Shown here piece after piece: positions 1 through 7,185 of a DNA stretch of 30,660 nucleotides (the stretch's first letter is position 1; the number at the start of each line of letters is the position of its first letter). The position numbers and the translations under genes were made by a program. The notes beneath the pieces are model-generated. The model made no database searches and was not told the origin of the DNA. It saw only the letters and a program-made list of their open reading frames with translations. Source of the DNA: an uncultured Myxococcales bacterium (GTDB lineage Bacteria; Myxococcota_A; Polyangia; Fen-1088); assembly GCA_964616265.1 (NCBI GenBank), contig CAZTTW010000002.1:1-30660 (forward strand). Direction: 5' to 3'.

Positions 1-1
1 C

Positions 2-730
2 CTTGCCCTCGCCCTTCATGAGCGCCGCGAAGACCTTGCTAGCAGGAATACCCTTCGCTTCGAGCTTCTTGCCGCGCGCAATTTCGTCTTCGACGGCCGC
101 CTTGAACTGCTCGTACGGCACGGCGCCACGAATGGGGCGACCGTTGATGAAGAAGTTCGGAGTGCCCTGCACGCCCATCTTCTTGCCCAGCTCTAAATCG
201 TCGTCGACGCGCTTCTTGGTGGCCGGCGAATCGATGTCCTTCTTGAACTTCTCGACGTCGAGACCGATCTCCTGCGCGTACTTCTCCAAGTCGGGACGCT
301 TCAGGTTCGACTGGTTCGCAAACAATTTGTCGTGCATCTGCCAGAACTTGCCCTGGTTCTCGGCAGCCACGGCGGCCTGTGCGGCCAGCGGTGCGTCACT
401 GTGGAAGGGCAGCGGGTTGTGCTTGAAGAAGATCCGCACCGGGTATTCCTTGACCAGTCGGTCGAGGGTCGGCAAGACGCGGCTGCAGAAAGGACACTGG
501 AAATCCGAGAAGGCGACGATGGTGACGGTCGCCTTGCTCGATCCCCTGGCCTTGCCGTCAAAAGGAACGCACTTGCGCTCGACATCGTCACCCGCGACTG
601 GAGCGCCCGGCGTGGGACACGTGAACTTGGCAGCGGCCGCGCTCCCTCCCACGTTCCAGTTGCCCCGTCCCATGAAATAACCACCGGTGACGGCCCCGAT
701 GGCCAGAATGAAGATGATCACTTTGCGCAT
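2..730 (-). CDS. dsbA: DsbA-family thiol-disulfide oxidoreductase, 3' end runs off the left edge of the window
   Basis: Not in the ORF track (no stop in window). Manual translation from ATG 730: MRKVIIFILAIGAVTGGYFMG (signal/TM)...VTIVAFSDFQCPFCSRV (CxxC at 485-496)...FFKHNPLPFH...GKFWQMHDKLF...GVQGTPNFFING (cis-Pro loop). SD-like AGGAG just upstream. Confidence 0.93.
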   Translation of the reverse strand, partial: MRKVIIFILAIGAVTGGYFMGRGNWNVGGSAAAAKFTCPTPGAPVAGDDVERKCVPFDGKARGSSKATVTIVAFSDFQCPFCSRVLPTLDRLVKEYPVRIFFKHNPLPFHSDAPLAAQAAVAAENQGKFWQMHDKLFANQSNLKRPDLEKYAQEIGLDVEKFKKDIDSPATKKRVDDDLELGKKMGVQGTPNFFINGRPIRGAVPYEQFKAAVEDEIARGKKLEAKGIPASKVFAALMKGEGK

Positions 731-791
731 TGGGTCTCCTTCGACGCTCTCCCGATAAAGTCCCTCCGAAAGGAGGATTTGCTGGCGCTTG

Positions 792-864
<73 letters not shown>

Positions 865-1027
865 GAAGGTCGCTCGTCTAACACGGGCGAACCGTTCTAG
901 CAAGCGCACACCTGTGGCCAACCGGTCTGGCGCCGTCTTCATTCCCTGAATTTCCACCAAAAGATAGGTGGACTTGCGTTGTCGCGGAGCCGGTTGGGCC
1001 TTCCCCGGCAAACAACGTAGCCAGCCC

Positions 1028-1056
1028 TTCCCCCACTGCCGCCGGAGTGCTATCAC
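1028..1056 (+). promoter_or_regulatory. Possible sigma70-type promoter for tRNA-Arg
   Basis: TTCCCC-N17-TATCAC with TG at the extended -10 position, 11 nt before the mature tRNA 5' end; both boxes are imperfect. Confidence 0.3.
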
Positions 1057-1067
1057 TGGCAGCTCTT

Positions 1068-1141
1068 GCGCCCGTAGCTCAACTGGATAGAGCATCGGCC
1101 TTCGAAGCCGAGGGCTGGGGGTTCGATTCCCTCCGGGCGCG
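1068..1141 (+). tRNA. tRNA-Arg (UCG), CCA not encoded
   Basis: GCGCCCG TA GCTC AACTGGATA GAGC A TCGGC CTTCGAA GCCGA GGGCT GGGGG TTCGATT CCCTC CGGGCGC G; anticodon TCG at 1102-1104; A20 arginine identity element in the D-loop; followed by CCG. Confidence 0.96.
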
Positions 1142-1191
1142 CCGACCTTGATCTGCTGATTTTCCAGGAGGAGCCGATACCGCCTAGCACG

Positions 1192-2757
1192 CTACCCGGC
1201 GGCCCCGTCCATCAGCACCATCCCCGCCACCATGTCTACCGAGATTTGCTCCAGAGCTCGTCTGACCGTGCGGCTGTGCACGCCGGAGCGAACGACCATC
1301 ACCACTGCATCCACGGAGTCATGGATAATCGAAATGTCGCCGCTTTGGAGTATGGACGGCCCATCGACTACGACGTAGTCAAAGGCGCAGCGCCAGCGCG
1401 CAATGGATGCCGAGAAGGTTGGACCGTGAAGACCTTCGCCACCGATGGCATCCGGCGCCACGGCTAGAACGTGCAAAGCGGTGGGCCGCAGCTCCGTGGT
1501 CAGCCATGGAGCATCGATCTGTTCCCGGTGGGCAGCCATCTGTGCGTCAAAAGAGCGCACTTGTCGAAGCCCAAAAATCTCCGCCAGCCTCGGGCGACGC
1601 AGGTTAGCCTCGACCAGCAGAACACTGAGGCGACCCGACTCGGCCAAGGCCAGCGCAAGATTGGCAGCACACGTGGTCTTTCCTTCGCCGTCCTGCGCAC
1701 TCGTCACTAGGATCGCACGCGGATCCTTCTGCTCCGCGAGTCGCCGCCGCAAAGCTCGAAACGCGGCTGCTCGTTCGGTGCTCCCATCCATCAGCATGGG
1801 CAGGTCGAGCTCGTCAGTATCCGAAAGCGCGAACGGGGTTGCCTCTATCCGCGCCGGAACCACCCGGTAGTTTGCAGCGAGCACCGCAGGCCGCGCCGAG
1901 CGCAGGGTTGTTGATGGTACTGGTCTTGCTGTCCCAACCGAAATAGCTGTACCCATCGTCGATACAACCGAAGGCGAAGACGCTGGAGACGATACCGCCG
2001 TCGGAATCGATTTCTGAACCGGAATGCCTGAGGCCACAGCCCCGGCACGCGCTCGCACTGCTTCGAGCATCGACCCATCTAGCAGGATGGTCTTTGAGCT
2101 GCCGCTTCCATCCACTTCCTTGTCTTTTGCTGGCGTGGCCGGCTTTGGAGCAGGCTGCGCCGCGGGAGGATCAGGGGATTCTCGACGAATCGCCGGCGTC
2201 ATAGTCCGGACCGGAGCGGACGAGTCGACGGCAACGGTCACCACGGTCGATGGATTTGCTGGTGTGGCCGATCGAGGCATCGTCGCGCGACCGGGTACAG
2301 ATGCGGCCGACGGACCAGACGGCGTCAGGGTCCGCGCCGGCTCAGCTGGGACTGGCACCGCAGCCACTTGGATCGAAGATGGGTTTGATGGAGCCGACGG
2401 CGTCATGGTTCGCGTCAGCGGAAGCGGGCGCCCTCCGGGTGCCGGTGCGCCCGTGGGTGGAGCCACCGAGGGTGGACTTGACGGCGTGACAGTCCGCACC
2501 GGCGCGTCCGATGGCTTGGCTGCAGGCGAGGAATAGGCGGGAGTAGCAGTTCGCACCGGAGGCGATGCTCCCGGTCCCCGCAGACCTGAAAGCGAAGTGG
2601 TCCCTACGCCTTCGGACCCGGACCGAGGCTTCGATGGAGTCGACCCGATGGCTCCACGCGAAGGCACGTCCGGAAGCGACTGGATCACCTTGGAAGAGGC
2701 GGAGCCGGTCGACACGTTCGGGTGCAAGCGCGGATCTTCGATCTTGGGATCAGCCAT
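1192..2757 (-). CDS. Stand-alone CpsD/CapB (BY-kinase-like, probably pseudokinase) ATPase with ~310-aa Pro/Ser/Thr/Ala-rich N-terminal extension
   Basis: C-terminal ~200 aa has AFRALRRRL, Walker A SAQDGEGKTT, A'-like LLVEANLRRP, Walker B FDYVVVDGPS and VDAVVMVVR, as in BY-kinases. No TM segment and no C-terminal Tyr cluster. Confidence 0.88.
   Translation of the reverse strand: MADPKIEDPRLHPNVSTGSASSKVIQSLPDVPSRGAIGSTPSKPRSGSEGVGTTSLSGLRGPGASPPVRTATPAYSSPAAKPSDAPVRTVTPSSPPSVAPPTGAPAPGGRPLPLTRTMTPSAPSNPSSIQVAAVPVPAEPARTLTPSGPSAASVPGRATMPRSATPANPSTVVTVAVDSSAPVRTMTPAIRRESPDPPAAQPAPKPATPAKDKEVDGSGSSKTILLDGSMLEAVRARAGAVASGIPVQKSIPTAVSSPASSPSVVSTMGTAISVGTARPVPSTTLRSARPAVLAANYRVVPARIEATPFALSDTDELDLPMLMDGSTERAAAFRALRRRLAEQKDPRAILVTSAQDGEGKTTCAANLALALAESGRLSVLLVEANLRRPRLAEIFGLRQVRSFDAQMAAHREQIDAPWLTTELRPTALHVLAVAPDAIGGEGLHGPTFSASIARWRCAFDYVVVDGPSILQSGDISIIHDSVDAVVMVVRSGVHSRTVRRALEQISVDMVAGMVLMDGAAG
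2194..2553 (-). repeat. Six dispersed R-[TS]-x-T-P peptide repeats in the disordered N-terminus
   Basis: PVRTATP (R69), PVRTVTP (R88), LTRTMTP (R116), PARTLTP (R142), MPRSATP (R162), PVRTMTP (R184); spacing 19-28 aa. Confidence 0.85.
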
Positions 2758-2937
2758 GTTGTCGGGTCTCGTACTTCGATAAGTTCAGCCATGCTCGACC
2801 GGCCGCAGACCTCGTCAACCGAGGAATGCGCGGCCTTAGGTTAGCATGTCCAAGAATAGCGCATGTTCGAACACGCAACCGTTCTAGAAGAGCTAGCCTT
2901 CCGAAGCTGCCGCGCTACGGACGAGAGACTCGGCTCG

Positions 2938-3249
2938 TCATCGAGCCACCTCACGGATGAGAACCCTGTCAAGATGCAGCAAGCGGAGGATGGCCAGAGG
3001 TTGATCGCGAACGCCATCCACGACCAGATTGCCTCCGTATGCACGGACCACCTTGAACAAAGCCACGATCGCTCCCACGCCCGAGCTGTCGATCAGACGG
3101 AGGCGGGAAAGGTCGACGACCATCTTCGGCGGCCTCTCTTCGCCTACCTGGCTGATGAGCGGTCTGAGCTCGACAACCGAGAGCGCGTCTAGCTCACCTT
3201 CGATAACAAGTACGGAAACGCCATTCTGTGTGCTGAGATGAAAGTGCAT
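2938..3249 (-). CDS. STAS-domain anti-sigma-factor antagonist (RsbV/SpoIIAA-like)
   Basis: VLVIEGELDA...MVVDLSRLRLIDSSGVGAIV with the conserved phospho-acceptor DSSG motif; ~103 aa from ATG 3249 (ORF track extends to 3261). Confidence 0.93.
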   Translation of the reverse strand: MHFHLSTQNGVSVLVIEGELDALSVVELRPLISQVGEERPPKMVVDLSRLRLIDSSGVGAIVALFKVVRAYGGNLVVDGVRDQPLAILRLLHLDRVLIREVAR

Positions 3250-3273
3250 GTTAATAGTCAATAAGAAGAAGCA

Positions 3274-3777
3274 CTAGCTCGCCTTGCCTTCGGTCAGACC
3301 GACGCGATTGGGCCCGTTCCCATCGTCTCCGTCAAGCCGTTTCACAAGTGTAAGAATGTTGGGCGGGCCAGCAGTATATGAAACTTCGTCAACGAACGAT
3401 CGCATGATAAAGACACCAAGGCCCGACTCCGGAAGAGCCTCCAAGTCAGGCGGTGGTGCTTGGAATGGGTCGAAGCTGGCGCCCAAATCACTGATTGTAA
3501 TCCGCATCCAGTCAAAGCTGCTTTCGATCTGCATCCTAACCGATCCGATCTCTCGGCCAGCGTAGCCATGCAAAACGATGTTGTTGTATGCTTCGCCGAT
3601 GGCGGACACCATATGTGCGGTGAACTCAGAGCAGCGCGATGCGTGACTGCGACTATCAGGAATCATCAATTTGCAAGCGGAAGACACTGTGCGCAACACC
3701 ACGTCTCTATATTCGATTCTCCCTGGTACTTCCAGGCGGATGATGTTGCAGCCGTTCGCGCGGGTGAATTCAATCAT
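3274..3777 (-). CDS. RsbW/SpoIIAB-like anti-sigma factor Ser kinase (HATPase_c)
   Basis: N-box AIGEAYNNIVLHGY, G1 ITISDLGASFDP, G2 ESGLGVFIMRSFVDEVSY; ATG 3777 preferred over TTG 3807. Confidence 0.92.
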   Translation of the reverse strand: MIEFTRANGCNIIRLEVPGRIEYRDVVLRTVSSACKLMIPDSRSHASRCSEFTAHMVSAIGEAYNNIVLHGYAGREIGSVRMQIESSFDWMRITISDLGASFDPFQAPPPDLEALPESGLGVFIMRSFVDEVSYTAGPPNILTLVKRLDGDDGNGPNRVGLTEGKAS

Positions 3778-3822
3778 CGTTTCCACTGCCCCGGGACGCC
3801 CTAACAACGAGTTCGCGCAGCC

Positions 3823-4551
3823 GTGAGGACGTCAGTTCGGATTGCCAAGCGGGCATTTGACCTTCTCGCCGCAAGCATTGGGCTGGCGGTGACAGCTCCA
3901 TTATATCCCATAATCGCTGCGTTAATCTACCGAGAGTCTCCTGGTGATGTGTTCTTCAGGCAGCGCCGAGCGGGTCGCCTGCTGGGTCCCGACCCTCGCT
4001 CGCTTCACCATTTTCGTTTCCAAGAGTTCAACATCATCAAGTTCCGCACGATGAAGCTGGACGCTGAAGCCAAGACAGGCGCCGTGATTGCGGCTGAGAA
4101 CGATGACCGAGTCCTCCGAATCGGAAGCTTTCTCCGCCGTACGCGCCTGGACGAGCTTCCTCAGCTTTGGAACGTACTGCGTGGTGATATGAGCCTGGTC
4201 GGACCGCGTCCAGAGCGGCCCGAGTTGATCGGGAACCTTGCACTGGCCATACCCTTCTTCGAGGAGCGGATGCGCGGTGTCAGGCCGGGGCTGACGGGGC
4301 TGGCCCAGGTATCGCTGGGCTACACAGGACGACCGCGTCCCAACAGCAAAATCGAGGCGTACATGAGTTCCCTCACGAACCCGTTCAAAGTGGAGGGTAC
4401 CGAGGGCGCCCTGGCGGATGACATGCGCATCAAGGCGCTCTACGACTTTGCCTACGGCGCAGCCATTGAAGACTTCTTCTCGTTTGTCCGCATGGAAGCG
4501 TGGATCCTTTGGCAAACGCCGTTGGCCGTGCTCAGGAGAACAGGGCGCTGA
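3823..4551 (+). CDS. Small monotopic phosphoglycosyl transferase (Bac_transf sugar transferase, priming enzyme)
   Basis: KRAFDL...FFRQRRAG...IKFRTM...RIGSFLRRTRLDELPQLWNVLRGDMSLVGPRPERP...PGLTGLAQV; catalytic DE dyad intact. Confidence 0.95.
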   Translation: MRTSVRIAKRAFDLLAASIGLAVTAPLYPIIAALIYRESPGDVFFRQRRAGRLLGPDPRSLHHFRFQEFNIIKFRTMKLDAEAKTGAVIAAENDDRVLRIGSFLRRTRLDELPQLWNVLRGDMSLVGPRPERPELIGNLALAIPFFEERMRGVRPGLTGLAQVSLGYTGRPRPNSKIEAYMSSLTNPFKVEGTEGALADDMRIKALYDFAYGAAIEDFFSFVRMEAWILWQTPLAVLRRTGR

Positions 4552-4560
4552 GCTGAGCGC

Positions 4561-5823
4561 CTAGAAGCGCGCGGGGTACTGCGCCTCGACCGTGAACACC
4601 ACCAACTGGCGACGAAATGAGGCGAACGGCGAGGCGCCGACGGCAGAAGATACGGCGGATGCACGTTGGTCGCGAAAGGTGTAGTCGAGGCCATAGGTAA
4701 ACAGGTGTCCCGGCATCCAGCGCAGTCCGAGGTGAGTCGCAAAGACCTTGGCGGTGCCTCCCGCTCCGTTGGCGAGGGCCGAGGCGGAGTCGCTTTCCAA
4801 ATCCGCGGCTGCGAGAAACTGCAGCAGCTCGTACCGATCAAGCGGGAGAGCGATATTTAGGCCGACGAGACTGCGTTGATAGACCGTAGCAACGTAGATA
4901 CTGTCGCCTACGGATTGTTCCGCGCGTAGCCCGACCTCGCGTCCAACACGCCGCCAGAGAATGGCTGCGGATTCTGTTGGAAACACATGCACGTGATCTG
5001 TTCGTAGGAAGAGCACGCCTGCGGCTAGCTCGTGTGTGAGCTCTGCGGTCCACTCGTGTCTCCAGGTCGACTCCAACTGGGCAAACTGGCCGTCGCGGGC
5101 TGCGGTCGTGGCCTGTCCCGCCGTCGTGGGCTGTCCCGCCGTGGTGAGCTGTCCTGCCTGTGTGTTGTTGGTCGCGATGGCGCCCAATCGACCTCGCAGA
5201 CCGCCCGAGTCGCGCTGCCACAGGTGACTGATCGCGGCGCCCAGGATGAGACTTTTGTTCGAGCCCGATCCCTGGTCGCTGCCGAGCGGGCGATACATCC
5301 CGCCATCGAGGGACTGGGCGATGCTCCACGATCCGCCGAGTTGCCAGGAAAAAGCCTCGTCCGCGCTAAGAGACAAGAATTTCTGATCCCCGGCGGGACG
5401 AGGCCCAACCGTCTGCGGATTGGTGGTCGAAGTAGCGTCCAGCATCGACAGCTGCATCAACGCGGCGGATCCCCTCAGAGTGATTCGCGCCGCCGGGCTG
5501 GCCTCGATATCACTCGACAGGCTCAGCGTTTGCGCAAGAACGGAGCTTTGTGTATTCCCCGTCCACGAGGTAGCCATAATGGCATAGGCGATCTGTTCTT
5601 GGGTCAGTCGGCCGATATGACCCAACTCAAGGCGTCCTTGGGCCGTCACAAACCCAGCGGCCGAATGGGCCGTCGCATCCGGCTGCGACGTCGGATTGTC
5701 GCTTGCGCCGACCGAGCTACCCGCAAAGACATGGTACGCAACTTCGGCATGTCCGAAACGTGCCATCCCAAGCAGGATCACGATGAAGGCTGCACTCGGC
5801 AGGGAGGGAAAGCGTCCCATCAT
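4561..5823 (-). CDS. Probable outer-membrane beta-barrel, EpsX/Wzp-like OPX partner
   Basis: Signal peptide MMGRFPSLPSAAFIVILLGMARFGHA|EVA; many amphipathic alternating beta-strand-like segments; ends RQLVVFTVEAQYPARF with terminal Phe; lies in an EPS locus with a short OPX. ORF track start 5865 is probably too long. Confidence 0.68.
   Translation of the reverse strand: MMGRFPSLPSAAFIVILLGMARFGHAEVAYHVFAGSSVGASDNPTSQPDATAHSAAGFVTAQGRLELGHIGRLTQEQIAYAIMATSWTGNTQSSVLAQTLSLSSDIEASPAARITLRGSAALMQLSMLDATSTTNPQTVGPRPAGDQKFLSLSADEAFSWQLGGSWSIAQSLDGGMYRPLGSDQGSGSNKSLILGAAISHLWQRDSGGLRGRLGAIATNNTQAGQLTTAGQPTTAGQATTAARDGQFAQLESTWRHEWTAELTHELAAGVLFLRTDHVHVFPTESAAILWRRVGREVGLRAEQSVGDSIYVATVYQRSLVGLNIALPLDRYELLQFLAAADLESDSASALANGAGGTAKVFATHLGLRWMPGHLFTYGLDYTFRDQRASAVSSAVGASPFASFRRQLVVFTVEAQYPARF
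5102..5155. repeat. 3 x 18-bp imperfect in-frame tandem repeat (AGQxTT x3) inside the barrel gene
   Basis: GCGGTCGTGGCCTGTCCC / GCCGTCGTGGGCTGTCCC / GCCGTGGTGAGCTGTCCT; protein reads AGQLTTAGQPTTAGQATT. Confidence 0.9.
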
Positions 5824-5922
5824 AGGAGGTGCGAACCATAACACGAAGGGACCACGCCACAGCATACTGCCGGCGCAGACGTGCGAGCCAACGGTCGCGC
5901 AGGCCGCTCTCCAGCGAATGCG

Positions 5923-7146
5923 TCAGCGCCAATCGAAACGATAGCGTTCAATTTGAAGGTTCTTCTTCAGCCGTTGACGGGGCATCAGGTAGAGCGACGA
6001 CGCGTCTTCGTTGGCGCGATCGATGGTCAGAGTGCCAGTAAAAGGCTCGCCGCTCGGGTCGGCCTCGTAGTCAATAGAGAGCGCCCGGACCCAGTGTCGG
6101 CCATCGCGCGAGGCCAGAACGGACATTCGTTTCGGCGGTGAGTACTTCTTGGTAAACGTGGTTTCTGGCTCGTAGGCCGTCGCCATGGTGATCGTGCCGT
6201 CGGCCAGGGACGCCGTGTACCAAATAGGGTTCTCCGTTTCGAATACTGCCTCTCGGGTGCTTCGCTGGAAATCGTAGCGGTAGATGTGGCTGGGTTCGAC
6301 ATTGTCCCACGTGCCCCAGTACAAGGCGTCCTTCGTCGGCAGGACATCCATTGTGCGCCAGGTGTAGTCTCCGCCACCGAGCAATTGAAGGGTCTTGAAG
6401 TCGTCGTCTGTATAGGAGATCTGAGAGACTTTGGCGTCGCAGCCCGTCGTAACCCACAGTCGATTCCGATAGCGATCGAACGTTACGGCATGCACGTGAA
6501 GCGACACTCCCGGGGGGTAGGTATAGGCAACGTCCCATTTCCGTCCGTCATCGGTGCCACGCCAAATCTGCCAGCGTCGCGGTGGCGTTTCAAAGATGAA
6601 CTCTCCATAGTAGACCTTGTCGTCGTCGGCAACGGCCGCTGCGTGCGAATACGGGCCGGGGCTGTCGAGGGACAAGGCCTGTACCAGTTCGAAGCTGGCG
6701 CCACCGTCGGTAGAGCGATAGATGCCATCGAAATACATGACAAGGATTGTCCCCGATTTGAGGCGATTCAGGCCGTCCGCGCCCTCGCGCTGGAGAACGG
6801 GAGCCAGCAGGCGCGACGACGTCACCAGACGCTTCGTCTTGGCGACGAGGGAGCTCCCGCTGTACGCGCCTACCGGGACGAGCTCGCTCGCGTCGTGTGA
6901 AGCGGCATAAAGGTTGCGGCCTTGAGCCGCGTAAAGGAGATCCTTCGTGATGCCCGTAATGTCGGCTCCCTCGAGGGTCCCCGTATGCGTCACTTCCAGC
7001 TCGGGGGAAGAGGTGACAACGTTGGACCGTGCTGTCCAGCCCAGGCGGGGAGGGCCAAGAACGATCGTTATCGCAGCGCCGACTGCCAAGAGCGCCAGCG
7101 CAAGCCCGACGACGAAGAAACGGACCTTTCCGGGATACTTGCTCAT
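5923..7146 (-). CDS. Membrane-anchored BNR/Asp-box beta-propeller protein (sialidase-like fold, putative glycoside hydrolase)
   Basis: N-terminal TM (FFVVGLALALLAVGAAITIVLG); Asp-box-like repeats YRSTDGGASF, WRGTDDGRKW, SYTDDDFKTL, LASRDGRHW. Confidence 0.75.
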   Translation of the reverse strand: MSKYPGKVRFFVVGLALALLAVGAAITIVLGPPRLGWTARSNVVTSSPELEVTHTGTLEGADITGITKDLLYAAQGRNLYAASHDASELVPVGAYSGSSLVAKTKRLVTSSRLLAPVLQREGADGLNRLKSGTILVMYFDGIYRSTDGGASFELVQALSLDSPGPYSHAAAVADDDKVYYGEFIFETPPRRWQIWRGTDDGRKWDVAYTYPPGVSLHVHAVTFDRYRNRLWVTTGCDAKVSQISYTDDDFKTLQLLGGGDYTWRTMDVLPTKDALYWGTWDNVEPSHIYRYDFQRSTREAVFETENPIWYTASLADGTITMATAYEPETTFTKKYSPPKRMSVLASRDGRHWVRALSIDYEADPSGEPFTGTLTIDRANEDASSLYLMPRQRLKKNLQIERYRFDWR

Positions 7147-7185
7147 TCTTGTTGACTCCGGCGCTCGGGCAAAATTCCTGTCACT

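Noticed and set aside
3-680. 225-aa plus-strand ORF (and 301..684, 332..853)
   Set aside because: Shadow frames of the minus-strand DsbA gene, which has clear family motifs.
2-730. Functional link between DsbA and the Cys-containing exported EPS proteins
   Set aside because: DsbA is separated by tRNAs and looks like conserved backbone; adjacency alone is not evidence.
1120-1191. tRNA 3' end as att site of an integrated island
   Set aside because: No duplicated tRNA 3' fragment and no integrase seen in the window; cannot be supported here.
890-2887. Shared 11-mer AACCGTTCTAG at 890-900 and 2877-2887 upstream of two minus-strand genes
   Set aside because: About one such match is expected by chance among ~3 kb of intergenic DNA; no third copy seen.
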